A stretch of 64,000 bases of DNA, from the NCBI RefSeq assembly GCF_009914755.1, contig NC_060929.1. The stretch is one strand, 5' to 3'. Made by a program: the position numbers and the translations under genes. This document shows positions 49,047 to 64,000 of the stretch, piece by piece; positions within the stretch are counted from its first letter, which is position 1, and each line of letters begins with the position of its first letter. Source of the stretch: the human T2T-CHM13v2.0 reference genome, Homo sapiens. The notes beneath the pieces were generated by a model, which ran no database searches, was not told the DNA's origin, and saw only the letters and a program-made list of their open reading frames with translations.

Positions 49047-50152
49047 TGTTGTGGGAAGTCAGGGACCCCAAACAGAGGGACTGGCTGAAGCCATGGCAGA
49101 AGAACATAAATTGTGAAGATTTCATGGACATTTATTAGTTCCCCAGATTAATACTTTTATAACTTCTTACGCCTGTCTTTACTGCAATCTCCAAACATAA
49201 ACTGTGAAGATTTCATGGACACTTATCACTTCCCCAATCAATACCCTTGTGATTTCCTATGTCTGTCTTTACTTTAATCTCTTAATCCCATCATCTTTGT
49301 AAGCTGAGGAGGAGGTATGTTGCCTCAGGACCCTGTGATGATTGCATTAACTGCACAAATTGTTTGTAGAGCACATGTGTTTGAACAATATGAAATCTGG
49401 ACACCTTGAAAAAAGAACAGGATAACAACAACATTCAGGGAACAAGAGAGATAACCTTAAACTCTGACTGCTGGTGAGCCAGGTGGAACAGAGCCATATT
49501 TCTCTTCTTTCAAAAGCAAATGGGAGAAATATTGCTGAATTCTTTTCCTCAGCAAAGAACATCCCTGAGAAAGAGAATGTGTCCCTGAGGGTAGGCATCT
49601 AAAATGGCCACTTCAGCCGTCTTTTATGGTCGAAGCGGTAGGGATGAAAAAAGCCCCAGTATCCCGTAGTGCTCCTAGGCTTATTAGGACTAGGAAATTC
49701 CCGCCTAATAAGTTTTGGTCAGACCAGTTTTCTGCTTTCAAACCCTGTCTCCTGATAAGATGTTATCAATGACAATGCGTACCCGAAACTTCATTAGCAA
49801 TTTTAATTTTGTCCCGGTCCTGTGGTCCTGTGATCTCGCCCTGCCTCCATTTCCCTTGGGATATTCTATTACCTCATGAAGCACATGATCTCTGTGACCC
49901 ACACCCTATTCGTACACTCCCTCCTCTTTTGAAAATCACTAATAAAAACTTGCTGGTTTTAAGGCTCAGGGGGCATCATGGAACCTGTTGACATGTGATG
50001 TCTCCCCTGGACACCCAGGTTTAAAATTTCTCTCTTTTGTACTCTGTCCCTTTATTTCTCAGACCGGCTGACACTTAGGGAAAATAGAAAAGAACTTACG
50101 TGAAATATCGGGGGTGAATTTTGCCCAATATCTGGCTGAATTTCTCCCAATA
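49047..50152 (+). mobile_element. MER11 (B/C-like) solo LTR
   Basis: TGTTGTGGGAAGTCAGGGACCCC...TCTCCCAATA; flanked by a ~139-bp duplication. Confidence 0.9.
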
Positions 50153-50214
50153 TCACGAGTGGGAAGCGTGCAAGGGACCTTCAGAGGGGGAAAGGGAGGA
50201 AACAGGGCCACTTC

Positions 50215-50475
50215 CCAGGGCAGGCAAAGAAAGACACCCCCTGGTTTGAGGGGTTGAGCCTTCTGGGACAGGCAAGGCAAGACACTCCCTGGTTTGAGGG
50301 GTTGAGACTTCCGGGACAGGCAAGGCAAGACATCCCTGGTTTGAGGGGTTGAGACTTCTGGGGCAGGAAAGGCAAGACACCCCTTGGTTTGAGGGGTTGA
50401 GCATTCCATGACAGGCAAGGCAAGACATCCCTGGTTTGAGGGGTTGAGCTTTCCACATATTTCAGGGGGTTGAAC
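50215..50475 (+). repeat. Minisatellite with ~47-49-bp unit, ~5 copies, in the HERV-IP leader
   Basis: Unit approximately GGACAGGCAAGGCAAGACATCCCTGGTTTGAGGGGTTGAGACTTCT. Confidence 0.9.
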
Positions 50476-50639
50476 CTCACACAAACCTCCAGTAGTAAGA
50501 AAAATATTCAGAACTCCCCTTTCCTTTCTTCTCAGGGGAAGAAAGAGTAGCTCCACTCCTGCCAGTCCCCCCCAGGGAAGGGGGAAGGAGAGGGGAGAAC
50601 AGCAGCATAAGCAGCTGGCAGAGGCAGGGAAAGACCAGC

Positions 50640-51060
50640 AGAGAGGAAAGAGAAATTGGGAGAGGAAGTCAGAGAGAAAGAGACAGAGAGTCAAAGAGAG
50701 AGAGAGAGAAAGATACAGAGGTCAAAGAGGGAGTCAGAGAGAGAGAGAAAGAGTGAAAGAGACAGAGAGTCAAAGAAGAGAGAGAAAGAGAGAGGCAGAG
50801 AGAGAGAAAGATACAGAGAGTCAAAGAGGGAGTCAGAGAGAGACAGAAAGAGATAAAAAGACAGAGAGTCAAAGAGAGAGAGAGAGAAAGAGAGAGGCAG
50901 AGAGAAAGAGACACAGAGACAAAGAGAGAGAAAGAGACAGAGAGTCAAAGAGAGAGAGAGAGAAAGAGAGAGGCAGAGAGAAAGAGACACAGAGACAAAG
51001 AGAGAGAAAGAGACAGAGAGTCAAAGAGAGAAAGAGAGAGATAGAAGTAGTAAAGAGAAA
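50640..51060 (+). repeat. AG-rich compound repeat
   Basis: Recurrent GACAGAGAGTCAAAGAGAG units. Confidence 0.9.
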
Positions 51061-52902
51061 ACAGTGTACCCTTGTCCTTTAAAAGCTAGGGTGAATTTAA
51101 GACCTATAATTGATAATTAAAGGTCCTCTCCATGACCCTATAACACTCCAATACCAGCTTGTTGTCAGCGTAAACAAGGGCATAGCCTGAAAGCACTGAG
51201 GCCACTAACAACCCATAGCCTTCCTATCAAAAACCCTTAACTCAGTAACCCGTGGATGGCCCAAATGCATTCACTCTGTAGCAGCAACTGCTTTGCTAAA
51301 GGAAGAAAGTAGAAAAATAACTTTTAGAGGAAACCTCAATGTGAGCACACCTCACCAGTTCAGAACTATCCTAAGTCAAAAAAGCGAAAAGGTGGCTTAC
51401 TAACTCAAAAATCTTAAGGTATGGGGCTATTCTGTTAGAAAAAGATGATTTAACATTAACCACTGATAATTCCCTTAACCCAGCAGGTTTCCTAACAGGG
51501 GATCTAAATCATAATTAATTACCATACAAAGATCAGACCAGACATAGAAGGAACTCCCTTCAGGACAGGATGATAGATGGTTCCTCCCGGGTGACTGAGG
51601 GAAAAAACCACAGTGGGTATTCAGTAAGTGATAGGGAAACTTTTGTAGAAGAAGGGTTGGGAAAATTGCCTAATAGTTGGTAAGCTGTTTGCACTCAGAT
51701 AAGCCTTAAAGTACTTACAGAATCAGGAAGGGGTCATCTATACCAATTCTAAGTTAATTTAAACTAAACAAAGTGTTATTAGTAGCAAAGGATAATTGAA
51801 GTCCCAAACTTACAAGGTTTTCAATAAAGGTAAAGTTTGCTAAAAGTTAGCAGTGTAACCTGTATTCTCCTAACTTTTAATCTTGTGGCCTTAGGCAGTC
51901 TAGTCCACAGACATGAAGGAAGTTTGCTTTGGAAAAGAATGGTTATCATCTTTGGGAAAAAAAAACGGGGGGGAGAATTTATGTAAAAAGAAAGTTACGT
52001 GGTAGAGAGATCTGTTCCAAGATGGCTGAATCGGAACAGCTTCGGTCTGCAGTGCCCAGCGTGACTGATGCAGAAGATGGGTGATTTCTGCATTTCCAAT
52101 TGAGGTACCTGGTTAATCTCACTGGGACTGGCTGGACAGTTGGTGCAGCCCACAGAGGGCGAGCTGAAGCAGGGCAGGGCATTGCCTCACCCGGAAAGTG
52201 TGATGGGTAGGGGGATTTCCCTTTCTTAGCCAAGGGAAGCTGGGACAAACTGTACCTGGAAAAACAGGACACTCCCACCCAAATACTGCACTTTTCCCAA
52301 GGTCTTAGCAACTGGCAGACAAGTGCTATTGCTGAGGCTCGAGTAGGTAAACAAAGTGGCTGGGAATTTCGAACTGGGTGGAGCCCACTGCAGCTCAGCA
52401 AAGCCTACTGCCTCTAGACTCCACCTCTGTGGGCAGGGCTTAGCTGAATAAAAGGCAGCAGACAACTTCTGCAGACTTAAATGTTCCTGTCTGACAGCTC
52501 TGAAGAGAGCAGTGGTTCTCCCAACATGGCATTTGAGCTCTGAGAATGGACAGACTGCCTCCTCAAGTGGGTCCCTGAACCCTGTGTAGTCTAACTCAGA
52601 TACATCTCCCAGTAGGGGCCGACAGACGCCTCATGTAGGTGGGTGCCCCTCTGGGATGAAGCTGTTCTGCAATATTTGCTGTTCTGCAGCCTCTGCTGGT
52701 GATACCCAGGCAAACAGGTAAACAGGGTTTGGAAGAGACCTCCAACAAACTTCAACAGCTCTGCAGCTGAGGGACCTGACCGTGAAAAGGAAAACTAACA
52801 AACAGAAAGCAATAGCACAACATAAACAAAAAGGACATCTACACCAAAACCCTATCTGCAGGTCACCAACATCAAAGACCAAAGGTAGATAAAACCACAA
52901 AG

Positions 52903-53928
52903 ATGGGAAGAAACCAGAGCAGAAAAGCTGAAAATTCTAAAAATCAAGTGTCTCTTCTCCTCCAAAGGATCACAGGTCCTCACCAGCAATAGAACAAAGC
53001 TGGACAAAGAATGACTTTGACAAGCTGACAGAAGTAGGCTTCAGAAGGTTGGTAATAACAAACTTCTCTGAGCTAAAGGAGCATGTTCGAACCTATCGCA
53101 AGGAAGCTAAAAACCTTGAAAAAAGGTTAGACGAATGGCTAACTAGAATAAACAGTGTAGAGAAGACCTTAAATGACCTGATGGAGCCGAAAACCATGGC
53201 ATGAGAACTTTGTGACACACGCAGAAGCTTCAATAGCTGATTTGATCAAGTGGAAGAAAGGGTATCAGTGATTGAAGATCAAATTAATGAAATAAAGTGA
53301 GAAGACAAGGTTAGAGAAAAAAGAGTAAAAAGAAATGAGCAAAGCCTCCAAGAAATATGGGACTATGTGAAAATACCAAATCTACGTTTGATAGGTGTAC
53401 CTGAAAGTGATGGGGAGAATGGAACCAAGTTGGAAAACACTCTGCAGGATATTATCCAGGAGAACTTCCCCAACCTAGCAAGACAGGCCAACATTCAAAT
53501 TCAGGAAATACAGAGAACACCACAAAGATACTCCTCGAGAAGAGCAACCCCAAGACACATAATTGTCAGATTAACCAAAGTTGAAATGACGGAAAACATT
53601 AAGGGCAGCCAGAGAGAAAGGTCGGGTTCCCACAAAGGGAAGCCCATTGGACTAATAGCAGAACTCTCGGCAGAAACCCTACAAGCCGGAAGAGAGTGGA
53701 GGCCAATATTCAACATCCTTAAAGAAAAGAATTTTCAACCCAGAATTTCATATCCAGCCAAACTAAGCTTCATAAGTGAAGGAGAAATAAAATCCTTTAC
53801 AGACAAGCAAATGCTGAGAGATTTTGTCACCACCAGGCCTGCCTTACAAGAAAGAGCTCCTGGAGGAAGCACTAAACATGGAAAGGAACAACTGGTACCA
53901 GCCACTGCAAAAACATGCCAAATTGTAA
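52903..53928 (+). pseudogene. L1 ORF1p remnant
   Basis: ATG at 52903; PNLRLIGVPESDGENGTKLENTLQDIIQENFPNL; stops and frameshifts. Confidence 0.92.
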
Positions 53929-53991
53929 AGACCATCAATGCTAGGAAGAAACTGCATCAACTAATGAGCAAAATAACCAGCTAACATCATA

Positions 53992-57822
<3,831 letters not shown>

Positions 57823-58552
57823 ACAATGAGATTACTTGTAGACAGGGCAGGGAACATTACACACTGGGGCCTGTCGTGGGGTGGGGGGCTAGGGGAGGGA
57901 TAGCATTAGGAGAAATACCTAATGTAAATGAGGAGCTGATGGGTGCAGCAACTAACGTGGCACATCTATACCTATGTAAGAAACCTGCACGTTGTACACA
58001 TGTATCCTAGAACTTAGAGTATAATAAAAAAAATCAGGCTATCTAGAATATACATTAAAAAAGGAGTAAGCAGTAATGAAGAAGAAAAAATTAGAAATAT
58101 TGATTAAGAAAATGATAATTGTTGAAATAAAACTGTGAACGCAATGACTAGCAGAAGAATGAGTAGGTAAGGGAAAGAGTCAAGAAGCACTCCCTAAAGG
58201 CATTAGGAAGGAATAAAGTGATAGAAAGTGTAAGAGAAACATTAAGAGGTATGGTGGATAGAAATAGAAATGTGAATATCGCCTCAAAGAAGTCCCCAAA
58301 GGAGAAAAAAGCAGTAAATGGAGTAGAAGAACTACTTGAAAAAATAATACCAAGTATTTTCCTGAGTTAAACAAATATGTAAGACATCAGATTGAATGTG
58401 TTCAGAGAGTTCCAAATAGAATGGATAATTAAGCTTTTGCCTTCCCGCTCCCTCCTTCTTTCCCCGTTTTGTTGCGAGGCTTCCCAACTGCCCCTTGACT
58501 CTTCTCCCCCTTTTCCACCCGCCTGCGCCCCCGCAGGAGCCTGGGACCGCCT

Positions 58553-58672
58553 GTGGGCAGCCATACCAGCCTGAAAGCACCCAGTCTCATCTGATCTCGG
58601 AAGCTAAGCAGGGTAGGCCTGGTTAGTGCTTGGATGGGATTCCGACCGGGAATGCTGGGTGATGTAGGCTTT
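58553..58672 (+). pseudogene. 5S rRNA pseudogene
   Basis: About 83% identical to human 5S by hand alignment to the recalled sequence; CTGATCTCGGAAGCTAAGCAGGGT, GGTTAGT and TTGGATGGGA retained; ends TGTAGGCTTTT. Confidence 0.93.
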
Positions 58673-59819
58673 TGGCTTCCCACTCCCTCCCTCTTTCCCA
58701 CTTTTGTCGCCGGGCTTACCAACCGCCTCCTGACTCTTCTCCCCCTTTTTCACCCAAAAAGAAGAAAAAGAAAAAAGAAAGAATGGATAAGTAAATACCC
58801 CACATTAAATACATTATAATAAACATTTCAAAGAGAAAATTATAAAATGTTCCAGAGATAAAATTGCTCAGTAAAGATGAATAACTATCAGATTATTATC
58901 AGACATTTCCATAGCAACACTATAAAGGTAAGAAAGCAATAAAAATTGTTCAAAATTAAAAAAAAATTATATGGTAAATTCTTGTCCTAAAATAAATTAA
59001 CTCGTTGTTTAAAGAAAGGGATGTTTGCAACAAGTCAGAAAGTTGAGGCATGTTGAGGAATTGTCTGTGAAAGTCGTGAAAAAAAAGTTATAAAAGAGAA
59101 TTTATGCAAGAAATGTTGCATAATTTAATAGTAATTAGGCTTCCTGAGTGTAAAACTATTGAAGAAACACTTTATGTGCAAGGTGTGTAAGAAAAATAAA
59201 ATATACTTTTGGTTAAAAGATTATAAGGAGGCATAAGAATGTGGATTTTTACCTACATTAAAAGGTTAAAAATATTTTGTTTTAAAGGTTTAAGCAAGTT
59301 TTAAAACGTTAATTGTAAAGGAAATTCTATGTGTAAACATATTAGCTAAAGTTAAAGGGGTATCATGCAGTTTTTCCGTGGACTGGACGTTAAAATAAAA
59401 GCACAGTGGGTTTTTCTTAAAACACTAACTGCTCTTTAACAAAATTATAAAAGGTTAAATAGAGTCTATGGAAATCTTACCTTATGGTCAGACATTAAAA
59501 TTTGATAATTATGTCTATAGGGTTTTATTAAAATCAAGTTTAACATTAATAACACACTAATATAAAGGTAAAATTTAGCTTATCTGGTATAAAATCATAC
59601 AGGAAGCATTGTCAAATGTAAAAGGGTGTTTGGGTTTCTTTGGTCTAACAACTAATAAAAATAGGTGCCAAAGGAAATTTCTCAGCAGGGAGGCACTAAG
59701 GACTATAAAGTCCACTGCTGGTGTTCCCAAATTTAAAACAAAAGATCAGTTTCTCAGAAATTATACACTTGGTTTATCTTCCACTTTCCTTTCTCTCAAA
59801 ACTAAATGTCTTTTAGCAC

Positions 59820-60076
59820 AGGTACCACCCCTAGAATTTCCAGTAAATCAGCACCAGCCTGGGGATCACACTCTTGTCAAAGGGTGGAAAGAAGGAAAAT
59901 TTGTGCCAGCCTGGGAAGGACCCTACCTAGTGCTGCTAACCACTGAGACTGTTGTTCGTACCGCGGAAGGGGGTTGGACACATCACACCCGAGTCAAGTA
60001 AGCGCCGTTATCATCAGAATCATGGGCCATTGTTCCTGGATCAAGCCCTACCAAACTAAAGCTAAGAAAAGTGTAG
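59820..60076 (+). pseudogene. HERV-IP integrase C-terminal remnant
   Basis: QPGDHTLVKGWKEGK...WEGPYLVLLTT...GWTHHTRVK. Confidence 0.85.
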
Positions 60077-60099
60077 TCTATCTATCTTTTCCTTTCCTT

Positions 60100-61646
60100 T
60101 CTGAATCCAGTGCCTATAGCCATTACTATTCCTACCACTAGCAACTCTAACCCCACTTTTGAGCATTTTTATGGTTTAGGAGTAGAGGTCACTGGAAAGG
60201 ATCCTATAGGTTTCTTTAAGATGTGGTTTGTTCTCCCTCCTCCACCTCCTACAACTGCCCCTTTCCCAAACCTATGAAATCAAACTATGCCTCGCCTCAT
60301 GCCAAATGACAAAAGCAAGGTCTCAGTAGTAGAAATAGAAGACCTAAGGCAAACCATAGCCATTGAAACAGAGTAAAAAGATGTAAATCCCTGGTTAAAA
60401 TGGATTAAATATTCCGTTCGCACTTGAAACAAAAGCGACTGTTACTGTTGTGTGCACAGTAGGCCAGAGGCCCAGGTTGTTCCCTTTCCACTGGGATGGT
60501 CCTCAAATCAACTGGACATGGAGTGCATGGTAGCTCTTTTTCAAGATTCTACCGCCTGGAATAACAAATTGTGCCAAGCTCTTTCTCTGCTATTTCCTGA
60601 AGTTCAACACGCTGTGGGTCAGCCCCCAAGGGCCATCCAGCCTCCATCTTCCAAAGCCAATTTTACCTCATGTCTCCAATGACAAGGGGAAAAATTTGGC
60701 ATTCCCTGGAGACTTAACAGGATGCAGGGAAGTCAGGCACTTCCAAGAGCTGACCCAACAGTCTGCCCTTATTCATCCCTGACTGGTTGTATGGTGGTAT
60801 TAGGGAGGACCTTTACTGGACACTCTGCCAAATAATTAGAGCAGTACTTATGGTCTAATTCAATTGGTTATCTCTTTTACTCTGGCATTTCATCAACTGG
60901 AGGAAGGAAAAATAAGACATCGTAAAGTGAAAGAGGCCCCTTATGGGTCTTTCAACTCTCATGTCTATTTAGACGCAATTGGAGTCCCACTGGGAATACC
61001 AGATCAATTTAAAGCCCAAAATCAAATAGCTGCAGGATTTCAGCCAGTATTTTGGTAAGTTACAATTAATAAAAATGTAGGTTTGATAAACTACATTTAT
61101 TGCAACCAACAGCGATTTATTAACTACCCTAGAGATGCTGTTAAAAGAATAGCTGAGCAATTAGGGGCTACTAGCCAGATGGCTTGGGAAAATAGGATAG
61201 CCTGAGACATGATATTAGCAGAAAGAGGAGGAGTTTGCATCATGATTAAAACTCAGTGTTGTACCTTCATCCCAAACAATACCGCCCCTAATGGAAGTAT
61301 AACAAAGGCATTGCAAGGTCTGACTGCTCTGTCCAGTGAGTTAGCCAGCAACTAAGGGTAAATGGGCCCTTTACAGGATGCCTAGAAAAGTGGTTTGGTA
61401 AATGGAAAGGAATAATAGCCTCAATTCTTAACTTCCCTTGCAGCCGTAATGGGTGTACTTACTCTTGTTGGGTGCTGTATCATACCATACATCTGTGGGT
61501 TGGTGCAGAGGCTCATAGAAATGGCACTTACTAAATCCTCCCTTAACTATCCTCCACCTTATCCAGAGAAGCTTATTCTTTTGGAAAATCAAGCAGAACA
61601 ACTAAGCCAAGACATGTTAAAGAAGTTTGAAGAGAAAGAGCTGTAA
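60100..61646 (+). pseudogene. HERV-IP env remnant
   Basis: Basic cleavage region, DAIGVPLGIPDQFKAQNQIAAGF, ENRIA*DMILAERGGVCIMIKTQCC, TM segment GVLTLVGCCIIP; many stops. Confidence 0.85.
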
Positions 61647-61666
61647 GGAAATGCAAGAGGAGGAGT

Positions 61667-62144
61667 TGTTAGATATGAGTTCTAAATTTCTTTTAAAAGA
61701 ATCAGTATGTCAGTGTATTCAATTCTTTGCCTTCTACTTTGAAACTTAACTTCCTCGTAAAGCAACCTTTTCCGATTACCTGCTCCACCCTGTCTCATTC
61801 TGATTACCTGCTCATTCTCTACCCTGGCTCATTCCGATGTCCTCTCTGTCATAACCATTTTTCCTGCCAAACCACTCACCCTGTCACTCTCTTTAAATTA
61901 GCCAACTGGAATTAGTTTAACCTGTGTGGACTAACCCTAGGCAATAGGGGAATGACACAGCAGCAGGGGCCACATGCATCAGGAATAAGGACCCCTTCCC
62001 CTCCCTTGTCCGGGTGTGCGCTCACCATTGCTCCATCTGTGAGAGTGCAACCTTCTATAGAAGTAAACTGCGTTGCTGAGAAGAAAAAAAAATTTTATAT
62101 TCGAGTGCTATTTCTTCTGTGGCACCAAAACTTTATTTATAACA
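61667..62144 (+). mobile_element. LTR10F-like 3' LTR
   Basis: TGTTAGATATGAGTTCTAAATTTC...TTTATAACA, preceded by a polypurine tract. Confidence 0.85.
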
Positions 62145-62389
62145 GAAACCAAGCTGTCAGAGCTCTGGAACCATAGCTGTCTGCTAGGTGTCTCTAGCCA
62201 TAGTTTTGCTTCCCCTTCACAGATGCAGTTTGTCTAAAATTGAAGCCATAACCCCTCCAAAGCCACTCTTTCTCCACTATTTATTTTGATGAATGGCCCA
62301 TCGTAATCTAGATTTTCAAATCAAAATATAGGATTATTTCAGTTGCTCTTTTCTCATATCTACATCTAATTAATCAAAAAGACTAGTTC

Positions 62390-63203
62390 TGAAGCAGGAA
62401 ATTTTCCTGACCCCTTCATGGGTGGGGGCAGGAACTGGAGCACATAGGATCTAGAACTAGCTGGCCGCTTTGGGTCTGGCAGGGGTGGACTCCATTCACT
62501 GGGTCCCACTGCGTTCCACAGGAACGGGGAGCACAGGTGAGTGGGTGCAGGAGCTGGGGCCAGTGCATGCAGGAGCAAAACTCTATGTGGCCCTTGGCAG
62601 TGTCTAGAGGGGTACCTAAGGCCCCTGAAGCCCCAGAGGGTGTGTGTTACAGTGCTCTTTTAACTTTGCCATCCACTGATGGCTTAAATGTTAAACAGCT
62701 CAGTAGGCCCTCTGTTTTTTGGTGTGAGGCACTTGCTCTCTGCCAGTGAGGGCAGAGGGTCAGTGTGACAGCCTTTAGTGTCACACCTGTGGCACCTGAG
62801 CTCTTGTTTGGCATCCAGGAAAAATCAGGTCACAGGAACAAATTGAATAATGGTGAATGCAGAGGATTTTATTGCCGATGAGAGTGGCTGTCAATGGGAA
62901 GGGGAGCTGAAAAGGGGATGGAGTGAGAAGGTGATCTTCCCCAGGAGCAACGCCATTAAGCCATACCTCTGAAGTCGAGCTGTTTCTTCTCTCCTCTCCT
63001 CTCTGCCATTGGAGCCTGGGGTTTTTATGGGCACAGGATGGGGGGCAGGGGGACCATAGGTGGTTTTGGAAAAGGCAACATTCAAGAGGGAAAACAGGGA
63101 TGCATGTTCTCACTTTGGGCTGTGTTTTCAGGCTTGAGGTTGGAGCCCTCACTGGGGACCTGCCCTCTTCTGCCCAGAATTTCCCTGCCTTCTATCCCTG
63201 TCA
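62390..63203 (-). mobile_element. ERV1 solo LTR of the MER52/LTR27/LTR28 group
   Basis: TG...CA termini; 4-bp TSD GTTC (62386-62389, 63204-63207). Confidence 0.75.
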
Positions 63204-63321
63204 GTTCCATTTGCAAATACAGTTTATCTCAACATTTCTTCTTCAACATTTCCTCTGCCTTACTTCTGGTTTCCATAATTTCCCCCAAATCTTTTCTATG
63301 TTCTCCTTGCCCACCTCTAAT

Positions 63322-64000
63322 TATTGGGGGAACCTGCCCCCAATATTTCAACATAGGTTCTTTCTATTTTCCATAAGTGTCAGTCAGCTGAGAAATAGAG
63401 AAAGAGTACAAAGGGAGGAATTTTACAGCTGGGCTGCCGGGGGTGACATCACATATCAGTAGGACCGTGATGCCCACCTGAGCCTCAAACCAGCAAGTTT
63501 TTTATTAAGGGTTGCAAAAGGGAAGGGGGTGTAAGAACAGAGAGTAGGTACAAACATCACATGCTTCAAAGGGCAAAAAGCAGAACAAAGATCATATGCT
63601 TCTGAGGGAACAGGACAAAGGGCAAAAGCAGAACTACTAATAAGGGTCCAACAAAGATCACAAGACAAAGGGCAAAAGCAGAGCTACTGATAAGGGTCTA
63701 TGTTCAGCAGTGCATGTATTATCTTGATAAACATCTTAAACAACAGAAACAGGGTTCGAGAGCAGACAACTGGTCTGACCACAAATTTACCAGGGCCGGG
63801 TTTTTCCCCACCGTAGTAAGCCTGAGGGTACTGCAGGAGACCAGGGCATATCTCAGTCCTTATCTCAACCACATAAGACAGAGCAGCCGTTTATAGACCT
63901 CCCCCCAGGAATGCATTCCTTTACCAGGGTATTAATATTAATATTCCTTGCTAGGAAAAGAATTTAGTGATATCTTCCCTACTTGCACGTCCGTTTATAG
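63322..64000 (-). mobile_element. MER11A-like LTR running off the window end
   Basis: Reverse complement aligns to ~26756-27377. Confidence 0.9.

Noticed and set aside
50215-50475. CRISPR-like regular repeats (also 45690-46060)
   Set aside because: No unique spacers, no cas genes, eukaryotic context; these are ERV-internal tandem repeats.
50656-51082. R/E-rich and S/L-rich ORFs
   Set aside because: Translations of AG/CT low-complexity sequence.
58553-58672. Functional 5S rRNA gene
   Set aside because: About 20 differences including the 5' stem and box C region; retrocopy hallmarks.

Overview
Primate, very probably human, genomic DNA rather than prokaryotic. The window holds the last coding exon and 3' UTR of TNFAIP8 (+ strand, 5653-6218 coding), then about 50 kb of transposon-rich intergenic DNA: Alus, MIR/L2, MaLR and ERVL LTRs, a full-length THE1, a truncated ERV9/LTR12 provirus, a HERV-IP10FH/LTR10F provirus and three MER11 (HML-8) LTRs. 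The most unusual structures are: (1) a retrocopy of a 235-bp-period 5S rRNA tandem array (spacer-5S-spacer-A tail, with TSD); (2) the ~0.93-kb L1 3' transduction that contains it; (3) a MER11 LTR flanked by a ~139-bp duplication instead of a 6-bp TSD; (4) a five-layer nested insertion built around a locally templated ~370-bp duplication; (5) an ERV9 provirus carrying a HERV-IP10FH segment that is also present, inverted, ~9 kb away. Repeat subfamily names come from memory of consensus sequences and identities were counted by hand; both need RepeatMasker/BLAT confirmation.
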